Positions 8,570 to 18,474 of a DNA stretch of 64,000 bases are shown in pieces (the stretch's first letter is position 1; every line of letters starts with the position of its first letter). The stretch is from a bacterium. GTDB taxonomy: Bacteria; Patescibacteriota; Patescibacteriia; Magasanikbacterales; GWA2-37-8. The stretch is taken from assembly GCA_043810165.1 (NCBI GenBank), contig JBDROJ010000019.1, positions 17,524 through 81,523 on the forward strand, in the 5' to 3' direction. A program made the position numbers and the translations under genes. Below the pieces are notes generated by a model that made no database searches, was not told where the DNA came from, and saw only the letters and a list, made by a program, of their open reading frames with translations.

Positions 8570-10567
8570 TTGTTTAAAAATTTAAAAATGAATTATAATT
8601 TAACAAAAAAACTACTTAATTTTACTTTCCTACTGTTTGTAATTGGTTTTGTTTTTTTATGGACGGGGCAAGTCTTTGCTACCGTTGGATACTGCGCAGT
8701 CTGGAATAGTGTTACAAATAAAAATGAATGTGTAAAAACAAGTGCTGTTAGCTGTGACTCCGCGACTGGCCAATATATACCTTTGCGTAGCCTGTTAATT
8801 GTGAACTTTAATGGCTATACAAAACAAGCTTGTGAAACCGTTCTCAAAAATGTAGAAAACCAAGGCTATTGCGTTTCCCAAGCAACGCAACAATTTAGTA
8901 GTCAATGTGTGTCTCGTTATTTTAATCCATATTTAAAATGTAAAAGCATCATTTACACAGTTTCATTTGGAGAATGTATGCAAGCCCTTAATAAAACTGC
9001 TAGTGCCTGCAAAAAACACAGTGATTGTGTAGGCTATGATAGCTACTGTTTAGGAGGTAAATGTGTTAACACAAAGACGGACTTACAATTTTCCCAAGAG
9101 ACTTGCCACAAAGATTCTGATTGTGTAAAAAATGGTAACCAAGGTATTTGTAACTACAAAGGAATCCCAGGTGGAAAATTTTTAGCAAAATACTACTGCT
9201 ATTATAAAAAAGGAGCTATTACCCCTCAACCAACAAAAACAATAACCTGGAAATCCAAAATACCTGAAATTAGTATCAGAATACCAGGCCTGACCTTTGC
9301 TAGTATTCAAAATTCTATTACTGTAGATACTGATGGACACAAAGTTATTAATATCCCCTGGATCGGACAGTATATAACAGCAGTATATAAATTTGCCTTG
9401 GCCTTGGTCAGTGTAGTGGCTGTGGTTATGTTAATAATTCAAGGTGTAACCATCATGATGTCTGGTGGAGGTGAAGCCAAACAAGGTGCATATAAAAAAA
9501 TACTACAAATATTTGTTGGTCTAGGCATAATGTGGGGCTCTTATGCAATGCTATATAATATTAATCCAGATTTGGTTAAATTTAAAGCTTTGGCTGTGAC
9601 GATGGTTGAAAAAGAAGAATCAACAGAGGAAGTGCCAAACTCGAATGATAATGTAAAATATAATTTAAAAGGAGAAAAAACTTTTGGGCCAATATTAGAA
9701 AAAGTTTCCAAAAAGGTAGGTATAGAATACTGTTTAGTAAGCGCACAGATATCAAGGGAATCTGGCTGGTCAACAGGCGCACATACCTCGTATGCTTTTG
9801 GTTTGGGGCAAGTGAGTTGGTATTATGCTACCACTTTATTATCTAGCCCAACCAAAAAAGCACAGATAGTATCTTACCATTCCAAAAACGACAGCAGTAC
9901 TTATCCGGTAGTACCTAGCGGGTTAACATATGATGCAGACGTTAAATCTCTACCAAAAGATCAAAGAGACGCACTAAAACAAAAAGTGGGTGATTGGCTA
10001 ATGGCTGATGCCGAAGCCAATATTATTATTACGACTTTATCTAAAAAATCAAGCCTCTCAAACACAAGTGCCTTTCATAAAGGCAATCCTATACTAGCCG
10101 CTGTAAATCATTATTATGGAATGGGTGCTTACTCTAAATTCTTAAAAAAAATGAAAGAATACAGGGCCAAAGGTTTAGTATCTGATACACAATGTACTGA
10201 AGCAGGATCTGTTAGCTTAACTGAATTTCTACAAGCTGCCAAAGATGGTAATACCACTAAACTGGAAGATCTTTATAATAAATCCTGCATACCACCCAAC
10301 AAATTCGCTTGGACTAATTATAAAACCAGCGGGGCCATGCCATATTTCTGTCCTCCAACCAAAAAAGGAGATACTATGCAATGTTGTACAAAAGAATCTT
10401 TATCAACTGGGACATGCATAATGCCAACACATACAGCCAATGGTAATAAAGGATTTTGTTTTGATGGTGTTAGAAAAGGTGAACCATGTAACTCAACTGG
10501 AGCTTTAAATTACGTGAAAAAGTACAGCACCTTCCTACAACAATGCTTAAACAGAAAAAAAACGTAA
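8570..10567 (+). CDS. Secreted cysteine-rich protein, paralog B. It has the same central double-TM hairpin as paralog A and a C-terminal lytic transglycosylase (SLT-like) domain
   Basis: Signal peptide FLLFVIGFVFLWTGQVFA. Cys motifs CKKHSDCVGYDSYCLGGKCV and CHKDSDCVKNGNQGICNY. The central block is ~95% identical to paralog A. The C-terminus IEYCLVSAQISRESGWSTGAHTSYAFGLGQV matches the SLT catalytic E-S...GLMQ pattern. Confidence 0.55.
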   Translation: MFKNLKMNYNLTKKLLNFTFLLFVIGFVFLWTGQVFATVGYCAVWNSVTNKNECVKTSAVSCDSATGQYIPLRSLLIVNFNGYTKQACETVLKNVENQGYCVSQATQQFSSQCVSRYFNPYLKCKSIIYTVSFGECMQALNKTASACKKHSDCVGYDSYCLGGKCVNTKTDLQFSQETCHKDSDCVKNGNQGICNYKGIPGGKFLAKYYCYYKKGAITPQPTKTITWKSKIPEISIRIPGLTFASIQNSITVDTDGHKVINIPWIGQYITAVYKFALALVSVVAVVMLIIQGVTIMMSGGGEAKQGAYKKILQIFVGLGIMWGSYAMLYNINPDLVKFKALAVTMVEKEESTEEVPNSNDNVKYNLKGEKTFGPILEKVSKKVGIEYCLVSAQISRESGWSTGAHTSYAFGLGQVSWYYATTLLSSPTKKAQIVSYHSKNDSSTYPVVPSGLTYDADVKSLPKDQRDALKQKVGDWLMADAEANIIITTLSKKSSLSNTSAFHKGNPILAAVNHYYGMGAYSKFLKKMKEYRAKGLVSDTQCTEAGSVSLTEFLQAAKDGNTTKLEDLYNKSCIPPNKFAWTNYKTSGAMPYFCPPTKKGDTMQCCTKESLSTGTCIMPTHTANGNKGFCFDGVRKGEPCNSTGALNYVKKYSTFLQQCLNRKKT

Positions 10568-10585
10568 AATATAACCTGATTTCAA

Positions 10586-11938
10586 ATGCCAAACAACAAA
10601 ACAATCTTTGTTTGCAATAACTGCGACGCCCAATTTGCAAAATGGACGGGTAGGTGTTTGGAATGCGGAAAATGGGGAACCATACAAGAAGGTCAAGACC
10701 CTAGTATCAAATCTCAAAATGAAAAATCAAATTCAAATCAATATAGTGCTATAAAAACAGTGGGCCTGGATGAAATCAAAGACCAAGATATTGAACGAAT
10801 ACAAACCGGGATTGAAGAATTGAATCGTGTGTTGGGTGGGGGCTTGGTACCTGGCAGTTTAATTTTACTGGGCGGAGAACCCGGTGTTGGAAAATCCACT
10901 CTAGCTCTGCAAATTGCCGACATTATCCACAACACAATGTATATCTCAGGTGAAGAATCGGTTGGACAAATAAAATTACGAGCCAATAGACTAAAATTAT
11001 TTTCTAAAAGTCTTAAATTGGCTAATGAAACAAATATTGACAGCGTTATCGCCACTGTTGCGAAAGAAAAACCAACTCTATTAGTGATTGATTCAATCCA
11101 AACCATTTCAACTGATGAAGTCGCGGGCACATCAGGCAATGTCAACCAAGTTCGCGCCTGCACTGTCAAATTAATGGAAGTTGCAAAAAAAACCAAAACA
11201 ATTATTATTATGGTCGGCCAAATTACTAAGGATGGTGATTTAGCTGGACCCAAAACTTTAGAACATCTAGTTGACACCGTGCTATATTTAGAAGGTGATA
11301 AATTTCACCAATTTAGACTTTTGCGCACTGCAAAAAATCGCTTCGGATCCACTGACGAAGTTGGCGTATTTTCTATGCAAGAATTTGGTCTGCAAGAAGT
11401 AGCCAATCCTTCCCAGGCTTTTATTTCAGGCCGTCCCAAAGATGTACCGGGCACAACGGTTACCTGCCTGTTAGAAGGCACTCGTCCCCTGCTAGTGGAA
11501 ATCCAAGCATTGGTTAGTAAAACTAATTTTGGCTATCCACAAAGACGCACGTCCGGCTTTGATTTAAACCGCTTGCAAGTTTTAATTGCCGTACTATCAC
11601 GCCGAACTGGCCTGCCACTGGATTCATATGATGTATTCTTGAATGTGGCTGGTGGTATGAAAGCCAATGAACCAGCCGCTGATTTGGCAGTGGTTTTAGC
11701 AATTGCTTCAGCGTTGAAAAACAAAGTGCTTCCATCAAATTTAGCTTCGTTTGGCGAGATTGGCTTGGGCGGAGAAATACGCGCAGTCAGCCAAGCCAAA
11801 AGACGCTTACAGGAAATTAAAAAACTGGGTTTTGAATTTGCTGTAATGCCTCATTCCACTGAACAAACAAAAATTACGGGCTTAAAAATTGCACCCGTAA
11901 AAAACGTAAAAGAATTAGTTGAAAAGATTATTAAGTAA
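10586..11938 (+). CDS. radA: DNA repair protein RadA/Sms
   Basis: N-terminal zinc finger CNNCDAQFAKWTGRCLECGKWGT, Walker A GGEPGVGKST, and a Lon-protease-like C-terminal domain. Confidence 0.9.
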   Translation: MPNNKTIFVCNNCDAQFAKWTGRCLECGKWGTIQEGQDPSIKSQNEKSNSNQYSAIKTVGLDEIKDQDIERIQTGIEELNRVLGGGLVPGSLILLGGEPGVGKSTLALQIADIIHNTMYISGEESVGQIKLRANRLKLFSKSLKLANETNIDSVIATVAKEKPTLLVIDSIQTISTDEVAGTSGNVNQVRACTVKLMEVAKKTKTIIIMVGQITKDGDLAGPKTLEHLVDTVLYLEGDKFHQFRLLRTAKNRFGSTDEVGVFSMQEFGLQEVANPSQAFISGRPKDVPGTTVTCLLEGTRPLLVEIQALVSKTNFGYPQRRTSGFDLNRLQVLIAVLSRRTGLPLDSYDVFLNVAGGMKANEPAADLAVVLAIASALKNKVLPSNLASFGEIGLGGEIRAVSQAKRRLQEIKKLGFEFAVMPHSTEQTKITGLKIAPVKNVKELVEKIIK

Positions 11939-11943
11939 ATCTC

Positions 11944-12080
11944 TTTGTCATTGCGAGGAGGAGTGTAAGCGTTTCTGTCATTGCGAGCGTAAGCGAAGCA
12001 ATCCCGTTTTTACAGAATCAACGGGATTGCTTCGCTTACGCTCGCAATGACAGACATGCCTTGCTCGCAATGATAGAACA
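11944..12080. repeat. Nested palindromic repeat element, copy A (TGTCATTGCGAG family)
   Basis: tctgtcattgcgagcgtaagcgaagcaatcccgtt[loop]aacgggattgcttcgcttacgctcgcaatgacaga, flanked by extra tcattgcgagg / ctcgcaatga half-sites. Lies between radA and recG. Confidence 0.8.
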
Positions 12081-12082
12081 AA

Positions 12083-14146
12083 TCATTCCAAATGCACTTG
12101 ATCCTCCCATTGTTTAAATTTGTCAGCTATTTGAGGATACTGCTTCAAATCACTCATTACTATCCGCGCCATATCGCGCGCTTTTTTAATTAATTCATGA
12201 TCAGTTAACCGCGCCAAGCTTAAATTCATCATACCGCTCTGTGTTGTTCCATATACTTCGCCAGGACCGCGTATTTCCAAGTCTTTTTCTGCTAAATTAA
12301 AACCATCTCTGGTTTTCTCAAAATACTTAAGGCGATGACCAGCTTTTGGAGAATAATTTTCTACAAATAAAAAACAATAAGACTGATGAACAGACCGACC
12401 TACTCTGCCTCTAAACTGATGCAGTTGGGCCAGGCCAAATCTTTCTGCTCCTTCAATCATCATTACGCTGGCATTGGGAATATCAACCCCCACTTCAATA
12501 ACAGAAGTTGAAACCAATATATCCAATATGCCTTGTTTAAACTTGTGCATGGTTTCTTCTTTCTCTTTAGATTTCATTTTACCATGCAGATAGCCTACCC
12601 GAAGTTTGGGGAAAACTTGTTTAGATAATTTTTCATACTCGCTTAAAACGCTTTTCTTTTCGCTGGCTTCCAGATCTTCAATCAAAGGGCAAACCACAAA
12701 TACTTGCCTGCCATTTTTAACTTGCGTGCGGATAAAATCATAAGCCTTGCTTCTGTTCAGCGGTTCTACAAGGCGGGTTAAAACCGGCTTGCGCCCCGGA
12801 GGCAATTCATTAATAATGGAAACATCAAGATCTCCATATAACATCAAAGCCAGCGATCGCGGTATGGGCGTGGCTGTCATGCTTAAAAAATGCACGCCAA
12901 TGCCTTTTTGTTTCATATTCTTTCTTTGTTCCACTCCAAAACGATGTTGTTCATCAACTATAACCAAGCCCAATTTGCCAAAATCAACGCCTTTGGATAA
13001 AAGAGCATGCGTGCCCACAACTATCTGTATCTTGTTATCACCTAATAAATCTAAAAACTCGCCTCTTTGCCTGGCTTTGGTTTTTTTAATTAGTTGCTTA
13101 TCATTAATCTCAAGCTGTGCCTGCGTCATTAATCCGATGCAAAGTTTCTTGCCTAATAATTTATTAATTTCATGATAATGCTGAACTGCCAATATTTCAG
13201 TTGGCGCCATTAAAACGGCTTGTAAACCATTCAATGTAGTGTTATACATGGCCATGGCCGCGACCACGGTCTTTCCAGATCCCACATCACCAGAAAGGAG
13301 CCGATTCATGGGAGTTGTTTTGTCTAAATCTTGTAAAATTTCCCAACTAGAGACTTTCTGTGGCTTGGTTAAAATAAATGGCAGGCTTTTTACAAACTGT
13401 TTAATTTGTTTTTCTCTAAAAGGCAAACGGCAAGCTCTGCTAGACTGCTTTTCCGATCGTGACATTTCCGCTTTAAGCTGTATTAAAAATAATTCATCAA
13501 ATTTTAATCGGTCAGTGCTTTGTTTTAATTCTTTTTCATTGTCCGGAAAATGAATGCCTTTCAATGCCTTGGGCAAAGAAATTAAATTGGCTTGACTTAA
13601 AATTTTATCTGGCAACCAATCGCGAACTTGTTCAGCCAAACCAATGGCCTGGCTAACCAAAAATCTAATTTGTTTTTGCGTCAAATTGGAAGTCAACGCA
13701 TACATGGGCACTAGACGAGCTGTATGAGTAGTTTGACCACCCTGTTCTTTTTCATAAACCGGCCCAACCATCTGACAACCCAACATATCTTGTTTAACTT
13801 TTCCAGATAGAAAAACAGTATCGCCCGGTTTTAAAACTTTGGTAATAAAAGGTTGTCCAAACCAAACCACACGCAAACTGTCTGTATCATCAGATACCAA
13901 CGCTTGGGTCAATATCCTGCGCTTGCGTGCACTGCGTTTGTTGTTAATTAACTCAATCTTAACTTTTAAACTGGCTGTCTGATCATTTTGCAGGTCTTTT
14001 ATCTTAACTACTTGCCGGTAATCTTCATATCTGAAAGGGAAATGATACAACAAATCACGAGCAGTGTTAATGCCCAATCTTTGCAAGCGTTTTGCCGTTG
14101 TCTTGCCAACCTGATTTAATTTTTCCACTGTTGTTTGCAAATTCAT
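12083..14146 (-). CDS. recG: ATP-dependent DNA helicase RecG
   Basis: 687 aa with an N-terminal wedge/OB region, helicase motifs (GDVGSGKT, DEQHRFGV) and the C-terminal RecG TRG region. Confidence 0.85.
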   Translation of the reverse strand: MNLQTTVEKLNQVGKTTAKRLQRLGINTARDLLYHFPFRYEDYRQVVKIKDLQNDQTASLKVKIELINNKRSARKRRILTQALVSDDTDSLRVVWFGQPFITKVLKPGDTVFLSGKVKQDMLGCQMVGPVYEKEQGGQTTHTARLVPMYALTSNLTQKQIRFLVSQAIGLAEQVRDWLPDKILSQANLISLPKALKGIHFPDNEKELKQSTDRLKFDELFLIQLKAEMSRSEKQSSRACRLPFREKQIKQFVKSLPFILTKPQKVSSWEILQDLDKTTPMNRLLSGDVGSGKTVVAAMAMYNTTLNGLQAVLMAPTEILAVQHYHEINKLLGKKLCIGLMTQAQLEINDKQLIKKTKARQRGEFLDLLGDNKIQIVVGTHALLSKGVDFGKLGLVIVDEQHRFGVEQRKNMKQKGIGVHFLSMTATPIPRSLALMLYGDLDVSIINELPPGRKPVLTRLVEPLNRSKAYDFIRTQVKNGRQVFVVCPLIEDLEASEKKSVLSEYEKLSKQVFPKLRVGYLHGKMKSKEKEETMHKFKQGILDILVSTSVIEVGVDIPNASVMMIEGAERFGLAQLHQFRGRVGRSVHQSYCFLFVENYSPKAGHRLKYFEKTRDGFNLAEKDLEIRGPGEVYGTTQSGMMNLSLARLTDHELIKKARDMARIVMSDLKQYPQIADKFKQWEDQVHLE

Positions 14147-14235
14147 AGCATTCTCATTATATCACAGCTCCAGATATTTTAAAAAACACCTGAATACAAT
14201 ATCAAGGTGTTTTAAAGTATGGTATATTTTAAATC

Positions 14236-14649
14236 TTAAGCGGCCTTTTCAATCATTTGAGCTGTTGGATATTTTCTTAATCTGGCCATTTCTTGTTTAA
14301 GTAATTCTATCTGTCTTACAAGTTTTTCCTCTTTCAAACTCAAGCTTCTTTCATCCAAATCCCTGCGTATAGAATCTAGCTTAATATTTCTCTTCTCCAA
14401 TGCTTTAATTCTATCCAAATCTAATTCACGGCCTCTCTTCAAAAACAATTTGTCTAGTTCTATTTCAAGATCAAGAAATTTTGTACGCACCCTATCCCAT
14501 TTTTCGTAGCTATCCTCGCCCTTTTCAATATCAAGTTCTTCATATATATCTGTTGGCATGTCTTTTTGATACGTCTCAACTTGACTGCCCATTTCAGGAT
14601 CAGTTATATGAACATTGCCTTGCTCAAAGTTGTTTATCTCTAAATCCAT
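14236..14649 (-). CDS. Hypothetical coiled-coil protein
   Basis: 137-aa ORF that is charged and heptad-rich (LEIELDKLFLKRGRELDLDRIKALEKRNIKL). No recognisable catalytic motif. Confidence 0.4.
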   Translation of the reverse strand: MDLEINNFEQGNVHITDPEMGSQVETYQKDMPTDIYEELDIEKGEDSYEKWDRVRTKFLDLEIELDKLFLKRGRELDLDRIKALEKRNIKLDSIRRDLDERSLSLKEEKLVRQIELLKQEMARLRKYPTAQMIEKAA

Positions 14650-14710
14650 ATTTTTTTAATTAAGAAACCGCTAACAAACTACTTCTGGCATCTATTCCTG
14701 TCTAAATCTG

Positions 14711-14782
14711 TGCCCTCGGCAGGAATCGAACCTGCATTGTCAGTTCCGCAAACTGATGTCCTATCCATTGAACGACGAGGAC
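14711..14782 (-). tRNA. tRNA-Arg, anticodon GCG
   Basis: Hand-folded cloverleaf: GTCCTCG/CGAGGGC acceptor, T-loop GGTTCGATTCC, anticodon stem TCAGT/ACTGA with loop TTGCGGA. The overlapping 77-aa ORF (14679..14912) is spurious. Confidence 0.6.
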
Positions 14783-14805
14783 CTGAACTACGGCAGGAAA
14801 CTATA

Positions 14806-15327
14806 TCACAACTTGAATAATCTGGCAAGCCTGTCGCTGAATGGCTCATCTTCATTTTCAAATTCTTCCACCATATATTGGGCAAGATAATCGTGTATAG
14901 CCCTGGGATCATTATCTAATAAAGGTATTTGCAGACGATGCTTTATCACGCTTCTCATGCCAAAATACAGATTTTTTACTTCCGGTGGATTGTAAATTAT
15001 CCAAAAATTCTCAAGCTCGCTATAACGATAAAATTTATTGCCTAACACGATGCCTGTTTCAGTAATCGCAAAATCTACTTCCATGGGATCCTGCATGGAA
15101 TGCAAAAACAAAATAATGGCGAACAAAACTATTACTAATATAAATAGATAATTTCCTGTAAATAATCCGAAAATCAGTAACAATGCGCCGGCCAATCCCA
15201 TCATGGTATACCATCGTCTGTCTGATCCAGGCTTTTCATATTCTCTTACCTGCCACTTATAAATTAGTTTACCGGTATTTACATCTTCTTTGGCCAAATT
15301 TTTAGGCATATACAAAAAAATTAACAA
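14806..15327 (-). CDS. Hypothetical membrane protein (two TM helices, possible bacterial PH-domain type)
   Basis: 173 aa with a hydrophobic pair MMGLAGALLLIFGLFTGNYLFILVIVLFAIILFL. Confidence 0.4.
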   Translation of the reverse strand: MLIFLYMPKNLAKEDVNTGKLIYKWQVREYEKPGSDRRWYTMMGLAGALLLIFGLFTGNYLFILVIVLFAIILFLHSMQDPMEVDFAITETGIVLGNKFYRYSELENFWIIYNPPEVKNLYFGMRSVIKHRLQIPLLDNDPRAIHDYLAQYMVEEFENEDEPFSDRLARLFKL

Positions 15328-15335
15328 TTAAATTG

Positions 15336-15409
<74 letters not shown>

Positions 15410-15511
15410 TCTTGTTAAAATAATAACACAATATACTGCTTAAATCAATGCCTAAGCCAATTTGATAAGCTAGCTTTATTATGTTATTATTAGTTTAAGT
15501 AAAAAGACATA

Positions 15512-17125
15512 ATGGAAAATAATAATGAACCGCTGGATCAAATCCCGGATCAACCACAAATCAATCTACTACGACCGCGTAAAATGCACGGATGGTATCA
15601 AGAAGAGCCTAAACCTAAAAGGTCATTTTTGTTTTATTTAATTCCGGGCATAATAATTGTTTTGATGTTCAGTGCTTTTTCTTTGGCAAAAAAACACAAT
15701 GATAGTTTGTCTGGTAATATTGCTGATTACGACCAGATTACACTACAACCTAAAAAAACCGGCATACTATCCAGCATCAAAAATTTTATTTTCCGCCAAG
15801 AAGATGCCATGCCAGGCGAGTCAAAAGGCAGAATCAATATTTTACTACTCGGCGTTGGTGGGGCAGGACATGATGGCCCTTATTTAAGTGATACTAATAT
15901 AATTGCGAGCATCAACACTGAAACCAATGAAGTGGCCATGGTTTCTGTGCCAAGAGACTTATCCGCCAATATAGAAGGATATGGCTGGACTAAAATAAAT
16001 CATGCCAGTGCTTATGGAGAAATGAAAAAGGAAGGTTATGGCGGGGAATTTGCCAGGCAAACTTTTGAGAAAAATTTTGGTATAAAAATACCATATTACT
16101 TAAGCATAGACTTCAAAGCATTCACTGAAATCATTGACGCTGTTGATGGAATTGGTATAAATGTAGAACACTCCTTTGTAGATTACTCTTATCCAGGCCC
16201 GAATTATAGTTATCAAACCATATATTTCAAACAAGGTCCTGAAAAAATGGGAGGAGAACGAGCTTTGACTTATGCTCGCTCGCGAAAGGGCACAAATGGA
16301 GAAGGTTCTGATTTTGCCCGCGCCAAGAGACAGCAAATTGTTATTGCGGCCTTAAAAAATAAAGTGCTATCAGCCGATACTTATTTGAATCCTTTAAAAA
16401 TTAAAAAGATCATAGATTCTTTGTCCACTCATATTTCGACAAACCTAGATTTTGGACAATTAATGTATCTGGCTGGCTTGTCCAGAAAAATTGATGACAA
16501 AAATATAAAAACCTTGGTATTATCAAATGGCCCAGATAGTTATTTAAAAAATATGATTGGCTATGATGGCGCCTATCTTCTGGTACCTAAAACCGGCAAC
16601 TTTGATCAGATCCAAACCGCCATCAACAATGTATTCAGTACTAGCACCGATGACCTGATCGATTCTCTGTCAGCCACGCCTCAAACAGACCAACTTTTTC
16701 CATCAGCCAAAATTGAAATCCAAAATGGCACTTGGCGTGTAGGATTGGCAGCAATTACCCAAAGAAATTTAGAAGACCAAGGGTTTGCTATTTTTACAGT
16801 TGGTAATAGTTACAAACGCCCTGTGGCCAGCACCACTCTATATATACTTAATACTGAAATTGAGCAGGGTTTTATTGATGCTCTTGAAAGAGAAATGGGC
16901 ATGGAAGCCACCACCAGCCTGCCAATATGGCTATCCACGTTAAGCAGTGATGAGTTGACTTATTTGACTAATAGTACTACAATTCCAATTTCAACAAGTA
17001 GCACTACGTCATCAACTATCATATCTGCCACGACTACTGAAGATACAGATATACATCAAGACAAATATGACCCACAAACTGATATTTTAATAATTCTAGG
17101 AGACGATTATGGCCAGTCCAGCTAA
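15512..17125 (+). CDS. LytR-CpsA-Psr (LCP) family cell-envelope phosphotransferase with a C-terminal LytR_C-like domain
   Basis: N-terminal TM, then an LCP core (INILLLGVGGAGHDGPYLSDTNIIASIN...VSVPRD...INHA...YARSRKG). Confidence 0.75.
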   Translation: MENNNEPLDQIPDQPQINLLRPRKMHGWYQEEPKPKRSFLFYLIPGIIIVLMFSAFSLAKKHNDSLSGNIADYDQITLQPKKTGILSSIKNFIFRQEDAMPGESKGRINILLLGVGGAGHDGPYLSDTNIIASINTETNEVAMVSVPRDLSANIEGYGWTKINHASAYGEMKKEGYGGEFARQTFEKNFGIKIPYYLSIDFKAFTEIIDAVDGIGINVEHSFVDYSYPGPNYSYQTIYFKQGPEKMGGERALTYARSRKGTNGEGSDFARAKRQQIVIAALKNKVLSADTYLNPLKIKKIIDSLSTHISTNLDFGQLMYLAGLSRKIDDKNIKTLVLSNGPDSYLKNMIGYDGAYLLVPKTGNFDQIQTAINNVFSTSTDDLIDSLSATPQTDQLFPSAKIEIQNGTWRVGLAAITQRNLEDQGFAIFTVGNSYKRPVASTTLYILNTEIEQGFIDALEREMGMEATTSLPIWLSTLSSDELTYLTNSTTIPISTSSTTSSTIISATTTEDTDIHQDKYDPQTDILIILGDDYGQSS

Positions 17126-18473
17126 AATAATAAAACAAAATTTACCCACAGTAACCATTGTTGGCCGAGTTAATGTTGGCAAATCCACTCTATTCAATAA
17201 ATTAACCGAGCGAGACCACGCTCTGGTTTCAACTATTCCTGGAACAACGCGTACTCGTAATATTGGCACAGTGGCTTGGAGAGGAAAAAATTTTAGATTG
17301 ATCGACACTGGTGGGCTAAGTTTTTCTGACGACGTTCCATTGGAAAAAGATATCATACAACAAACTGAAATGGCGCTGAAAGAATCGGATCTAGTAATTT
17401 TCTTAGTGGATATTAAAACAGGAATCTTACCCCAAGAACGCGAACTATCAAAACGCCTTAGAAAATACAAAGACAGATTGATGTTTGTGGCCAATAAAGT
17501 TGATAGTAAAAAATTAGAAGATCTGGCTCTTGAAAAAGAATTTCTAGTATTGGGATTGGGTGCTCCGTTTCCGGTTTCAGCTACCAATGGCGCCAACCTT
17601 GGAGAACTGCTTGATGTTATAATTAAAAAATTAAACAAGCTTTCAAAAAGACCTAAAAAAATTAAGTCCTCAAATCCAATCAGGGTAGCCTTGATAGGCA
17701 AACCCAACGTGGGCAAATCAACTCTGTTTAATGCTTTAATAGGCAAAGACGAAGTCGTGGTCAGTCCAATGGCTCATGCAACCCGCGAACCATTTGATAC
17801 TTTGGTTGAATATGGCAAACAGCCGATGCTATTTATTGACACAGCCGGGATAAGAAGAAAAACTAGAGTAAAACAAGGGCTGGAAGCACAAGGCATTGAA
17901 AAAAGCATCAAAAGCACCAAAAAATCAGATGTTGTCTTGCTACTATTGGATACAAGCGAACCCATAAGCAGTCAAGACAAGCAATTAGGAGGCCTGCTCA
18001 AAGAAAATACCCGCAGTGTGATTATTATAATAAATAAATGGGATACGGCTGATGCCAATGACGATCATTTTAGAAAACAAGTAAGGCAATTGGTCTATGG
18101 CGCTTTCCCTCATCTTGATTTTGCGCCAATACTATTTATCAGCGCAAAAACTAAATACAGAATACACCAAATATTTCCTGAAATATTAAAAGCATGGCAA
18201 GGCAGAAATACAGAAATCACTAACAACGCTCTGGATAAATTTGTACAAAAAATTGTTAAAATACACAAGCCGTCTCGAGGAAAAGGGACTAGATATCCTA
18301 AAATTCTAGGCCTTAAACAATTAAACGCCAATCCTCCAATTTTTGAGCTAACCTTAAAAGCCGGTACTTCAATGCATACCTCTTATGTCCATTTTATGAA
18401 AAATCAATTGCGAGAAAAATTCAATTTTTATGCTACACCCATTGTGATAAAATTGCATAAAAGAAGAAAATAA
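17109..18473 (+). CDS. der: Ribosome-associated GTPase Der/EngA (tandem GTPase domains + KH-like)
   Basis: Two G1 motifs GRVNVGKSTLFN and GKPNVGKSTLFN, each followed by a DTGG/DTAG motif. Confidence 0.9.
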   Translation: MASPAKIIKQNLPTVTIVGRVNVGKSTLFNKLTERDHALVSTIPGTTRTRNIGTVAWRGKNFRLIDTGGLSFSDDVPLEKDIIQQTEMALKESDLVIFLVDIKTGILPQERELSKRLRKYKDRLMFVANKVDSKKLEDLALEKEFLVLGLGAPFPVSATNGANLGELLDVIIKKLNKLSKRPKKIKSSNPIRVALIGKPNVGKSTLFNALIGKDEVVVSPMAHATREPFDTLVEYGKQPMLFIDTAGIRRKTRVKQGLEAQGIEKSIKSTKKSDVVLLLLDTSEPISSQDKQLGGLLKENTRSVIIIINKWDTADANDDHFRKQVRQLVYGAFPHLDFAPILFISAKTKYRIHQIFPEILKAWQGRNTEITNNALDKFVQKIVKIHKPSRGKGTRYPKILGLKQLNANPPIFELTLKAGTSMHTSYVHFMKNQLREKFNFYATPIVIKLHKRRK

Positions 18474-18474
18474 T

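Noticed and set aside
14679-14912. 77-aa ORF overlapping tRNA-Arg
   Set aside because: It is a translation of the tRNA gene and flanks. Its start lies inside the downstream membrane-protein gene.
17096-17746. 216-aa ORF antisense to der
   Set aside because: It is fully contained opposite a strongly supported GTPase gene. The product is a low-complexity Leu/Ser-rich sequence.
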